From assembly GCA_051362555.1 (NCBI GenBank), contig CM120642.1:11098001-11162000 (forward strand): a DNA stretch of 64,000 nucleotides, in the 5' to 3' direction. Origin of the DNA: Lingula anatina (lineage: Eukaryota > Animalia > Brachiopoda). The translations under genes and the position numbers were made by a program. The notes under the pieces are model-generated. The model worked only from the letters and a program-made list of their open reading frames with translations, was not told the DNA's origin and did not search any database. Position 1 is the first letter of the stretch. Each line of letters begins with the position of its first letter. Below, piece by piece: positions 23,145-36,672 of the stretch.

Positions 23145-26055
23145 TGGGCCCCGTATCTCGAAAGCTTCGCTTATGGCGAGCGGGCGCAAGCATGGCGATT
23201 CCGCGCTATCCCATATCTCGAAAGCGTCGCAAATGGCGACCGTGCGCTAGTTTCGAGGCTATTATTTGCGGCGATACAAATTAGTCGCAATTAAGGCCTC
23301 TGCGTATGCATAATTTGTCATTTTAATGTGCCTTTAATGTAAATAAACATAGTGGCAAGTTTGGGTTGCTAGTAATAATAGCATATAACAAAAGCTATAA
23401 CAAAAACATGGAAGCTTATAATAGATTGAATCACTCGGTACCTCTGATAGAAAAACTTGCGGTAAATATTCACGTGAAGAATGCTAAATTCATGTTTTAT
23501 GATGCATTAACATTTCAAAATTAAACATTTCATACATCATTTTATATTTTCTGATGAATATAATTCATCTGTGTAGTCTACTGATAATAATCATAAATTT
23601 AAAAGTGTCATTTTCTACACAAAATGAAAAAGCAGAAACAAGGCATTCGGTCGCACCGTGACCTTCCTCAATGTCTGTTATTGTGAGACTGAACACTATT
23701 CACCAATGCGTCAGTAGGGTCCCTTTACACTGGACGGCGTCCTTTCTGCGTTCCTTCTGCGTTAAAAAAATGTGGTCAGGACGCTCAACAGTCGCCAAAG
23801 CAATTAAATCGTGCCTCAGTGTAAAGGCGTCTGCGTCCCTTGTGCGTCCTTTGAACGACCGAATCTTGATTTTACCTGTAAAACTGCGAGTGACCTGCCT
23901 GCCTCCACTGTACGTCCCCTGTGCAACCAAGGCGTCTATTGCAATGTTTGAGCGACCATTGAGCATTCTTGGTGCGTTCTCTGTAGGGGCCTACCTTCAT
24001 CGGTGATTAGTGGCGTCTATTCTACGATCATTCTGCATACTGCTTGACGGATGAGCTTTGTTTGGGCGTCCTCTATATTCTAACTCACATTTTTTCATCG
24101 GTTCTAACCAGGTCATCCAATAAAGAACATTTCCAGCACGCAAAACAAATAAATTGGAATAAACGCTTTAAACTATAGTGATGCAAGGTCTGAATGGACT
24201 GATAATCAGCCAGATGCTCATTGTTATCCTTATAAGAAGGATGGACAGGCGCCGAAAACGAGAAAGTATGACTGACACAACATAGAATATTTGAATCCAC
24301 TTTCAAATGACGCGTCCTCGGCGATGCTTGAACGTTCTTTGTGCGACCTTGGCGATCACTGTGCGTTCTTTGAGCGTCTGACGGCGTCCTGGCCAGTTTC
24401 ATGGTCGCACAAAGGACGCAGAAAGGACGCCGTCCAGTGTAAAGGGGGTTTAAGCGAAGCTTGAAATGACACACTTACTGACAAACGTGTGAGATTCGAC
24501 GTTGGCATTCTATTGAACGCCGTTTGTACAAAAAAGATGAAAGTAGGCCTATCATTTTGATCAGATTTTCCATTTTTCATTTTAAATGGAAAAACGAAAT
24601 TTGAGTTTCATTTTCCATCACATGTTGGCCATTTCTATCAAATGGAAATGAAAAACGGCCGTTTTTTTATTTTCTGACGACATGGAAATCACGCCCCCCC
24701 CCACCCCACCCTATTCTGTTTGCCCCGCTATACACGACCCCTGGATGCGTTATATAGTTCCTTTTCCCACCGATTGTCATAGGACCACCCCTGGTATTGC
24801 GTCATCTCGCGCAAAGCATGTCGGTATCTCAAAAACGATACACGCGACATGATAACCATCCCCAGAAATGCACTGCATGACGTCACGCCTAGCCCACTGC
24901 GCATGCGTGCATTTTAAATGAGTTGCTAGATTGCCATAGGAAAATGAATGAGTTCGCGATTCGTGGGTAGGCCTAATACGTGAGAATTAACAAACTAACG
25001 GCCTGATGCCGATAGACAGCAACGCTGTGCTATGCTTCAAGCAACTCCTGGCCAAATATCGCTAGGGTTTTAAAAAAAATTATGTTGTACACACGTACTA
25101 AGAAGTTTGCCGTATATTGCCTAGACTACCCTCAGCAAAACGCAAATATTTTCAGTAATAGTGATTTTAGACGGTAGATTCACCCAGAAACAAAGGGAAA
25201 TTAATTCGTTGCCGATAGCACCAGCTGATAGCAGTAACATACAGAGTCTGATTAAAAAATTTCATGGCAATTGAAGATTTTTTACCACTGTACAATGGAG
25301 TCCAAAAAGAGCACTTGGCACAAATGTAAAACTGCCCAGTGCAAGGCCAAGAATTCAATCAGCATTTTCAATCATATTATCAGATTCTACATAAATTGAC
25401 TGACCATATCACTACTCAGTATTTAACTAATCTCTCAATCCGAAATTCCTATCATCAATTAATAATTATGCAAAATTCTTCTTTCAGATTGCTATTTATT
25501 TAAATTTTTAATGCTGCAACTGTTCCAAAATAATCTTGTAGTAAAGGAAAAATGCAAATTAAAGTGGAAGACCAATTTTACCCACAGTATTCAATTATTT
25601 GAATATAAAAAGAATAAGATCACGATTTAACAAATTAAAATAATCTATCATGAACTCTTTCATGAATATCATATTAAACAAAAATGAATGTTATAAATCA
25701 GTGGTAATGGCTCATTCTGGAATATATGACCTCTGTACATCATCAGTACCTGACTTGGTACAGTATAGTTACTACTTGGATACAGAGTTAGATTTAATAA
25801 TGTAACAATAAGAACAATATATATTATAATAATAAACTTCTCTGCACATATCAGACGCTTGTTACCATGAACTAACACTACCTGTACTTGACAATGGGCT
25901 GAGCACTTATCACAGAGTCTGTGGGCTGCCATTCTTGTGCTGTGATTGGTTAGTTGAGTCACGTGAACCTCTACTGTTGCGCCCTCGCGTATCGCGAAAT
26001 GCTGCACATTTCTGGCCATGACGCGAAATGCTGCACATTTCTGGCCATGATGAGA
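23145..26055. mobile_element. Cluster of nested or adjacent insertions upstream of copy 4
   Basis: About 2.9 kb largely absent from the homologous position before copy 2 (about 10910-11010). Begins GGGCCCCGTATCTCGAAAGC (TIR-like, internally repeated ATCTCGAAAGC), contains the 23716-24450 MITE, and 23648-23714 resembles 48419-48485. Confidence 0.55.
23716..24450. mobile_element. 735-bp MITE (PIF/Harbinger-like, tentative)
   Basis: About 30-bp TIRs CCCTTTACACTGGACGGCGTCCTTTCTGCG at both ends; related short copy at 1777-1987. Confidence 0.8.
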
Positions 26056-26134
26056 TAAAACATTCCATTTACTATAAGTACTACCTGGTCAGTGCGAAAC
26101 CCCGAGATCTTAGTGGGAACATATAATATTAGCT

Positions 26135-29100
26135 ATGCCACGGCCACTATGCACTGGCAAGCTTCGCATTAAAGATGGGAATATCTGGCTTGAGCAATGG
26201 TTTGAACTTGAACCTTGTAAACTGAAATGCTATGGACATCAGAGGTGAGTAGGCTCTCTCTCTCTCTCTCTCTCTCTTTGGTCGAAAGGCGAGAAAATGC
26301 TGCTGGGGGTGGGTATTCTTGTGGCAGTCTCTTCAAAACATTCTACACAACTAGACCGGAAGTTCGTTTGGGACACGGACAGTAAAGCGTGTAGTGCCAA
26401 CGGGTATGTTTATGTCTCGATCTGAAAAGGCAGATCACATGACTGGACTGATAGCGAGACTGACTGACATATAGTTTTTAGCCGGACTTCTACATGAAAA
26501 GACGTGCTATCCAAGAAATTAAGAAAGTGACAATTTGGTTCAAGCTAAAGAGCTTTAAAGGTAAGAAACATACTATTACCTTAATTAGAATCCAAAGGGA
26601 ATTCTACATTGGCGACGAGGAAGCACGAACTCACGTAGCTTAAGTAAAATTCAAAAAAGAAAAAATTGTGAGGACACGAGGTAAGTGGTGAAAGCGCCCG
26701 TCACTCGTGTATTAGAATTCACTCGGTCAGCGATATAACAATAATATACTGTCAGTAAAAGTGCTGTTAGTATTATTGTGTATTGTGTTAGTGTTATCTA
26801 GGTTGTTTTGTCTTTTTTGAATCTTATTTTTGGGTATTCGTTGTAATTTCGTTCAAAAGTGAACACTATTCTCAAAATGGCGGGTCACGTGGATAGATTC
26901 TACATCAATTATGCCACTGACCCTCAACTTCAAGACATACCCGGTGTCACATCAGGGCAGGCCCGAATGTTATATTTGTTAAGAGCTCAAAGGGGTAACT
27001 TAACAAAAGGTTTGGTAGAGGAATGGTTGGATGTTCAGTTGTCTCCTTTAGCCCTTAGTGTGATAGACTTTTCCCCTAACCCTCATTTATCGGGGTCAGC
27101 AGATTCTAGGTCATCTTGGATACCAAATTTAGGTCAGAATTGGTTATGGCAATCTGCTAAAAAGTTGTTTAGTTGGGGTAAAAGGAAACCGACTGTTTTA
27201 AATACAACATATCCCTTTCAGTCTGTGGCTAAAAATTATGAGACTAGTGAAAGCACTTTTCTCAAAACTCCACCCCAGAGGGGACTTTTTCCATCCAACC
27301 CTGAGGTTCAAAGGAACTCAACTAACCCTCAATTACAAAATGTTGCTGTATACCCTGAGGTTCAAAGAAATCCGACTGGTTCAAATTTTCAAAATGTTGC
27401 TGTCTACCCTGAGGTTCATAGAAATCTTAATGGTCCACATTTTCAAAATGTTGCTGTCTACCCTGAGGTTCATAGAAATCTGAATGGTCCACATTTTCAG
27501 AATGTTACATCCAATGTCAACCCTGAGGTTCAAAGGAACTCAAGTATACCACATTTGCAAAGTTTTTCAACCAGTGTCAACCCTGAGGTTCAAAGGAACC
27601 AGACTAGTCCACATTTTCAAAATTTTTCAGCCAGTGACCACCCTGAGATTCAAAGGAATCTAATTAACCCTCATTTTCAAAATTTCTCAGCCAACCCTGA
27701 GGTTCAAAGGAACCAAAATAACCCCATTTTTGTCAATTCAAATTTTGGCACTAATATTGCAAATACACCAGCTTTTCCCATTAACGCAATGGGAGGGGAG
27801 GATTATTATCATTCACAAGAATCCCCCATGCAAATAGATCAACCTACAATTCCAAACATTTCTGCATCTAGACGTATGGTATGCCCCCCTAAAAATCTAA
27901 CTTTCAATGGAAAGACAAGCTGGGCAGCCTTTAAACTAGTATTTTTAAGGCACGCAGAAAGAGAGGGTTGGGATTCAAATATGTGCCTGGATGGACTTTG
28001 TTTATGCCTCAGTGGAAAAGCACAAGAGTGTTGTGTAAATGTGACCAAACGTGAAGGCATATTGACCTACAAGGGCCTCTTAGAAGAATTGGAGATGTGC
28101 TATGGAGAAACGGACACACCAGTGACTGTGCGTTCGCGACTCCATAATTCACTACAGAGTGAAACTGAATCAGTGGATGAATGGGGTGTGCGCGTTCTAA
28201 GGCTCGCGTCACAAGCCTACCCCAGCTTGCCTAAATCATTTGTGGACTCAGAGGCTGTTAACAGATTCTGCGCTGGAATGTTGGATACAGAAGCTGGACA
28301 AGCCATTTACATGCAACGTCCTCAAACCTTACATGAAGCTATGCAATTAGCTAAAATGCATAGAGAACTTAAGGTCACCATGGAGACAAAGAAGGGGCGC
28401 ACTATGACCAAAAGGGTTAATAGTGTGACACAACAGCCTGATATGAAAGATGAAAAGTCATCCAGTAATATCTCTGAGATGGTAACTTTTAAAGAAGAAC
28501 TAGGAAATGTGCAAAAGGCACTTAAAGAGATAGCACAACAATTGAATCAAAGACCATGCAATGACCGGTGGGGGTGGCGTAATTCAAAGGAATTATAACC
28601 CCAATCCATCTTATGCAGGTAGAGGACGTGGCAGAGGTAGAGGGTATGTAAATTGTTTTTCCTGCGGAGCTGGAGGTCATTTTGCCAGAGAATGTCCATC
28701 TAATCCACAGGGAAATGGCAGAGGGTCGGGGAAATAGGCCAACCCTCGACCCATGAATCAACAGGCCCAGACGTCAAGGAAAAGCCCTGCTTTAAGCCTC
28801 TTAAGAAGATGAATTCAGCACCCAGTCATTCCTCTCCATTAAAAGTAATGGAAGGAAATGAAATGTTAATGATGCAGAGAAAGAAAGAAGTCAAAAGTAA
28901 AGAGGGAAAACCAGCACCCAGTCATTCCTCTCCATTAAAAGTAATGGAAGGAGATGAGAATTTAATAATGCAGAAAAACAGAGGAGTCAAAAGTGACAAA
29001 TCTGTAGTAGTGTTATGTAATATTGGTTTAACATCCTGCTTAACACTCAATGTACAAGTGGGAGATAAGAAGATTAAAGCTGTAGTGGATACCGCAGCCG

Positions 29101-32100
29101 ATGTAACTATACTGTCCGATCGAGTATATAAAAGTATGAAGAATCCTCCAAGAAAATTGAATGATGTGAAAATGTTATGCGCAGGACGTAACATGACAAT
29201 GGAGGGATTCACTGCAGGGCCATTGAAATTGAAAATAGGAAAAACATGGTACCAAGAACAGGTGTATGTGGCACCCATAGAACAGGATATGTTACTTGGA
29301 TTTGATCTTCTAACCCAAAGGGGTCAAGCTATAATAGACACCCATCATAGAACTCTGCATTACGATGGCATGACATTAACCATGGATAGTGACCCCAAGG
29401 GGACATCTCCACAGGTGGCGAGAGTAAAAGTACTCAAACGTCAAGTAATACCTCCAAACTCAATCGTAAAAGTACGATGTGTAATGGATGTGGACTTAAT
29501 TGACTATGTCATCGAGCCAACAGAAGGGGTGAAAGGTAAATTTCTGATACCTAGGGTAATTCGTAATGCAGGGACAGAGCCCATCATGGTACTAATTAAC
29601 CCTAGTTACCGTCATCGCCTATTAAAGAAAGGTGCTGAAATAGGAAGGGCTTTTATTTATGATCAAATAATGACGCCTGGGAAAGAAGAAGAGCAGGTAA
29701 TGTTACCATCATGTAATACTTGCTATGATATACCAGAGCATAAAGATGCAACTAAACTAGCAAAGGCTACTTTAGAAAAACATGCAACTTCTAGGAAGGG
29801 AAATACAGTTACCATAAGGGTGAATAAAATCACCACAGATGAAAATGAGATCAATGATAAGATGTATGTACCACCCCACTTACAGCAGGTGTTTAAAGAA
29901 TCTTGCACTGAGCTAAAAGTAGGTCAGTGTGAGCAGTTGGCACAAGTACTGAGAGAATACCAGGATGTTTTCGCAAAGGATGAATTCGACCTAGGCAATT
30001 TTACAGCGATAGAACATGTGATAGAGACTAGTGGTGCGAAACCTATAAAACAACGAATGAGACGGACACCAATTTGTTTTGCAGAAGAAGAAGGGGCCCA
30101 CTTGCATAAGATGTTACAAGCTGGTGTGATTAAAGAATCTACATCAGATTGGGCATCACCTCCAGTGTTAATTCGAAAGAAAGACGGATCAGTTAGATGG
30201 TGTATTGATTATCGTGCACTTAATGAAGTGACGGTAAAGGACGTGTTTCCATTACCACTGGTGGATGACTGCCTTGATACATTATCAGGTAATGTCTATT
30301 TTTCCAAGTTAGATGCTAACTCAGCTTATTGGCAGGTACCAATAAGGGAAGAAGACAGGAAAAAGACAGCCTTTATAACCAAGTATGGCCTTTATGAACA
30401 TGTGAGGATGGCTTTTGGTTTATGTGGAGCACCTGCGACTTATGCCAGGATTATGAATCTGGTTTTTAGAGGAATGACATGGGAAACTGTGCTAGCTTTC
30501 CTGGATGATATAGTAGTTCTAGGAAAGTCTTTTAATGATCATTTAAAGAACTTAAGAGAAGCCCTCACCAGATTTAGAATGTATGGATTGAAATTAAAGC
30601 CTAAAAAATGTGCATTTTTGCAAAAGAAAATTGAATTTCTAGGTCGCACAGTAACAGGAGATACTCTTGCTGTATCAGATCATGATGTAAAAATTGTAAA
30701 GGACTGGCCAACTCCACAAACTTCAAAGGAAGTGGAAAGATTTATGGGCTAGCTAACTATCACAGGGCTTTTATTAAAGATTTCAGCAAAATTGCTACAC
30801 CACTGTATGCAGTGACTGGAAAGAAGAACTTCCAATGGGAAGAAAAACAGGAAGTAGCCTTTAATCGCTTAAAAGAAGCATTAACTACTCCCCCTGTTCT
30901 CGCAGTGCCAACGGGAACTGACGAGTTTATATTAGATACTGATGCCAGTGAATATGCCATAGGAGCTGAATTAATTCAGGTTCAGAATGGACAGGAGAAG
31001 GTGATTGCATATGGCAGTTATGGTCTCACTAAAGAGCAGAGACGTTACTGCACAACACGTAAAGAACTACTGGCAGTTGTAAGATTCACTCGACAGTTCA
31101 GACATTACTTACTGGGAAAGCCGTTTAAAGTAAGGACTGACCATTCAAGCTTAAGATGGTTGATGAGATTTCGGGAGCCGCAGGGACAGTTAGCGCGATG
31201 GATGGAGGAGTTAGCGCAATACAATATGGTGTTATCCCATAGAGCGGGGCGTAAACATGGGAATGCTGATGCTTTGTCTAGAGTTAGCCATACCGGGCAG
31301 TGTGTCAACATAAGCACCAAAGGGCGGCTGGTTGACCTACCATGTGGTGGGTGTGATTATTGTAAGCGGGCTCAGAAAAACTGGGCCAGGTTTGAAGAAG
31401 ATGTGGATGATGTAGTGCCACTGGCAACTCGGGGAGTTAATAGCCAAAGGGCAACAGACATCAAGGGTGAAGATTTCTCATCAGACCAGATATGCGACAA
31501 TGGCAAGACAGTCTATACAGTAACGGTAGACTCAGAAAGGGAGTATACTGAACCAGAAGTGCTGGGAGAAAGAGTAGATGGTATTCCAGAGGAAAGTATA
31601 GATGATATGCCAGAATTTAAAGTTATGCAGTGCATAATTGACAACATTCCGTGGGATCCAGGAGAATTAATTCAGGTGAATATGGTAAAGACCAGTCACC
31701 AGGCACCAGGGGGAGCTACTCAGAAAGCTGATGATAGCTCTTCACACTTGACCAGTTGGGGTTATTCTGTTGATGAAGTAAAACAGGCACAGTCAGCAGA
31801 CAGTGAGTTGAAGGTGATTATAGATTATAAAGTGGATGCTACTGAACCAGATCAGTCCACCCTATTTAGAGGCAGTCAGGCGTTGAAAGCATACTGGCTG
31901 AACAGAGACCTGTTTACCATCATTAATGACATCTTGTATTGGTGTGATCCAATTAGTGAGGATAAAAGGTTAGTGTTGCCCTCCAGTTGGCGTGAGGAGG
32001 CCATGAGGATGCATCATTGTTTACCATCTGCAGGGCATCAAGGAGCAAAAAGGACTAAAGAGCGCCTTAAAGAAAGATTTTACTGGTACGGCATGGGCCG

Positions 32101-35100
32101 TGAAATTGATAACTTTGTCATGGGATGCCCGAGATGTAATCAGAATAAAAAGTCATCAAGACAGGGAAAAGTCCCTCTTAGAGAATTCCAGGCAGGTGCA
32201 CCCATGGAGAGAGTACACTTAGATTTCCTTGGCCCTTTGCCAAAGACTGCAAAAGGAAATGAGTATATTTTAATGATGGTGGATCAATTTACTAAGTGGA
32301 TTGAATGCATTGCACTTCCGTCTCAATCGGCTGAAGAAACTGCAAAGGCAGCTATAGATCAATTTTTCTCTCGTTTTGGAGCTCCTTTTGAAATTTTTAC
32401 AGATCAAGGGAGAAATTTTGAATCAAAATTATTTTTAGAAGTGTGCCGGGTTTTAGGAATCTATAAAGCACGAACAACACCATACCGTCCCTCAAGTAAC
32501 GGTCAAGTAGAACGCTACAATCGGACATTGATGGATGCAGTGAGGTGTTTTACAGAAAAGTCACAGAATACCTGGGATGTGAATTTGCAACAAATAGCTG
32601 GAGCATTAAGGGCTTCAGTGAACAGGATGACCGGATTCACAGCAAACAGACTAATGTTAGGTCGTGAGGTGAATGCACCCGCTGACTTAATGTTTCCTCA
32701 AAGGAGGATTAATAATGAAGATCCTGAAAATTATGCTGCACAGTTAGCTGAAGATATGAAGGAAGCACATGAGATTGCTCGCAGAAAGCTGCAAGCAGCC
32801 TCTAAACGTATGAAAAGAGATTATGATCTCAGGATACTGGAGAGAGCATATGAGGTTGGTGATGCAGTGTATATATTGGACACGGCAGATACTAAAGGCA
32901 AATGTAGAAAATTATGTCCACCGTGGAAAGGACCTGGAGTGATTGTAGCCAAATTAAGTTCTAACTTATTCCGAGTGAAGGTTAGAAATGCAGTGTTTGT
33001 GGCCAATCATGACCGACTTAAGCCGTGTAAAGACACGGAATTACCACAGTGGATTGGACATTGGAGGAAAAATCCAGAGAGTCATGCGACCCGAAGGGGT
33101 GATGACAGAGTCTACTGTAACTGCCGACAGCCATGGCACGGTAGATTTATGATACAGTGTGACTTCTGTGGTGAATGGTACCATGGCTCCTGTGTGAATG
33201 TGACTGCTACTGATGCCTTGGAGATTAATAAATATAAATGTCCGGATTGTTTACGCCGAGCAAAAGTGCTGGTGTAAAAGAATGTACATTATAGTAAAAG
33301 TACTGATTTCAAGGGGCAAGTAGTAGAGGGAGGAGATCCTAACAAAGGCTAGTATATATGTAGATCGGTTGGCACCAGAAATGTAATTTGTTTTTCAGGC
33401 CAGACTTGGTATAACCTGGTTAGATGGTCGTGGCAGGGGTGTAAGTGACATTCCTGACTGCGAGTACTATGTACACAGCCCTGAAAGTGAAGGGAGGTGT
33501 GTAGTAAGGTGGGGGTTCAATCTTTTTGGATAAAGAGGGGAAGAGTGTAGTGCCAACGGGTATGTTTATGTCTCGATCTGAAAAGGCAGATCACATGACT
33601 GGACTGATAGCGAGACTGACTGACATATAGTTTTTAGCCGGACTTCTACATGAAAAGACGTGCTATCCAAGAAATTAAGAAAGTGACAATTTGGTTCAAG
33701 CTAAAGAGCTTTAAAGGTAAGAAACATACTATTACCTTAATTAGAATCCAAAGGGAATTCTACAAATATGTGCATTATGATTGCCACAGTGAGTAGGCCC
33801 CTACGTCCTTATTCTTTTCGTATGTGACGGAAGACCAGAATATTCACAGGGGGTGGAAAAGAGCGGCATGAACAAGTACTTATATAATTTGGTCGTCTCT
33901 TGTGGCGCGCATGAACAGCGTTCGATCCGCCACACCTGGGTCTTTGACAGCAGATTGCCCGTTTGCAAGCTGTCTTTGGGACATTGCAAAAGTTATTCTG
34001 TTTTTTCACCTTTTTTCAGCATATATGCAATACCGAAGACATGCTTTAAGGAAAACTATAACGAAGACTCTCTGTACTGTTAACAATCTTTATTCTTCGT
34101 TTATTTGTAACAGTAACTGTTCTCCATTAGGTAGGCTAGCACGCCATGTATCCCTGCCACCAAGACAGTTTGGTCGACATTAACATATGAGATAAAGCAC
34201 TCACTGTTTGACCAATAGGTCATTGACAAGTGACTAAATAGTTTAGGGCTTTTGTCATGCCATGCTTTGCAAAGGTCAGATTTTTCATTTCTTTCATTTT
34301 TTTTAAATTAAATTTTCAAATCAGTATATCACCCAGAGGAGGATAATAATCATACACAGGGCGAATATGCAGTCCTAGATTTATAAGGTGGTCTTAAAAA
34401 TATAGAATAATTGTATTTTATGTTTGGAGAAACCACTTAAAGTTTTCTAGGAGCCCCCTCCCCCTCCTCCTCCTTAAAAATTAAAAAATATTTGGGAGTT
34501 TTCAACTTGTAAGAACAAGCAACGTTTAAAATGAATTTTTGAGCTGGGCTATTCAGTTTCTGTTACACACACATATGCACACACACACACACACACACAC
34601 ACACTTTTTTTCATTTTGCCCAGCCCCACTCCCCCAAATTTGGAGTGGGACAAGTAAATTGTCAGACTTACTAGCCCTGCAGGGCAAGAGCCTGAAAACA
34701 GTTTGTCTAGCCTTGTGGTGTGTGAATATTTTGAGAAAATTCCAAGATGAGTTCCATTTGCCACAGATATAGTATTTCAACTTGCATCCTATGATGTGTG
34801 CCTTGCTGACACTTGAATCGTTCTGGCATATACCGTATGGGTGACAGTGCATTTGTTAATCACCTCACAAATTTCTACTAGTAATTACTTTAAAATTACA
34901 GAGGGCAAAATGAGAATGATGCACCTGAAGCCATAATAGACATCACGAATGCCAGGGTCCAGGGGACAGAAGACCAAAATCTACATAGTTTTGAAGTAAC
35001 TGCTGGAGGAGTGACATATGAACTGGACGCGGATTCAGCAGAAGAGAGAAAGATGTGGATGGAAGCCTTAGAACAGGCCAAAGGTATGTTCTCATTTTAA

Positions 35101-36606
35101 ATGCGATATATACATGTAGCACCCAAACCCAATATACCAGTAGAGGTCACAGGCATGCTCTCAAAAATATTCAATGCACAGATTACAAACTATGATTATT
35201 TTAGAGTCCCACATGAAGAAGTTTGTATTAAAGTTTCATTCTCCTAGAACCACGAATTATTAAAAAAAAAAAAAAAACGCATCGTCTTACCCAAAAAACT
35301 GTCACAATTGCAAAACGTCTAGCTGTGGTAACTTTTTACTCACTTCGAAAATTCAGTCATCACTGGTTTTGTTCTTTAATTTATCTCCTAAAAGTAAAAC
35401 GTCGTCAACATTATAATAATCTTCTGTATAGAGCAGTTAATTTTTGAGCGACTTAAGTTTGCTTGTCACTGTAAAGCCTAACGGAGGGGAAATACGTTCT
35501 ACTGACAGTAAAATAATCATTTAAAAATAATATCCATTTGTGGACCAAATATTATATCAGAAATGTCGAACTATATTGGAATCACAATATTTTTTTCAGT
35601 CATATATATTATTTACCATAACTGAATCACTACAAAATATATCAGAACGCGATATATAAATCAAAATCATATGCCCCGTCACATAAGTTACCATTGAGGC
35701 TCTTTACATAATGTATTACTATAGACGAGGAAAAAACTTTAATTTAAAGATGTAGATGCAAAATTGAGACAGTCGTGGATTTCGTTCTAGACACATGTAT
35801 GTTTTTTAAAACATATTAAAATAAACTAAATACAACTTCAAATTTATTCAATTTAATTTTATGATATAATTTTCATGTGAAATGCACCTCTTTATTGGGT
35901 TTCTGTGGTAGCTGCAGTTCCACTGCAGATATATAAGTTATGTGTTTCACTTCGTGTTCTAGATGTAATGAACACAATCAACGTTTGTACTTGTATAAAA
36001 GTAATATCATCTTTACTATAGTTAGCACTTACAGGTATGCGGGGGGGGGGGATAAATTATTTCATATCCCGTCTGCTCACGCCAAGCCATTTCAGTCATA
36101 TAATCTGCGGTTAAGAACATCATTTTAAACAGTCTTTCTATATGGAGGGTTACATAGGGGTTCTTCGGCTCAGTCAGTATGCGGCTATGCCTTGTTGAAT
36201 TTGACAAACACTACATGTATGAAGATTCTGTGCTCCTTGTCTGATACTGCAAATGATCAAGTTATGAGATAATGGTTACGTATCCTGCTATAAAGCAGAT
36301 AACAGATCAGCCAGGAGTGCAAAAATCAATAAAACAGTCCAAGAAATTAGTCTTTGATCTTAGGTACTAACTTCATCAATAAGTTACTACTTCATCAATA
36401 AGGTGAGGAAAAAATTTGGTGAAAAAGATAAGGGTTGTGATCTAAGGCATCAGTGAGATAACAGTTGTGATAGGTTACCGTGTCAACTTCAGACTGTGTA
36501 ATTTTTTGACAATGCAGATTTTCATCTAGCCTAGATTGAAATTTCATTCTGGCCTAGGTGGATTTCAAATCTGCCAAGATTTCAGTTTGGCCTCTGACAC
36601 ACACAT

Positions 36607-36672
<66 letters not shown>

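Larger units (their letters stand above)
26390..33764 (+). mobile_element. Full-length Ty3/Gypsy LTR retrotransposon, 7375 bp
   Basis: Two TG...CA LTRs, PBS, PPT, and domain order gag, protease, RT, RNase H, integrase. Confidence 0.97.

Noticed and set aside
23671-24580. ORFs of 74-129 aa within the MITE
   Set aside because: GC-rich non-coding MITE interior with no transposase motifs.
25167-26019. Minus-strand ORFs with CxxC (MAAHRLCDKC...)
   Set aside because: No coherent exon chain or family could be built; probably transposon remnants.
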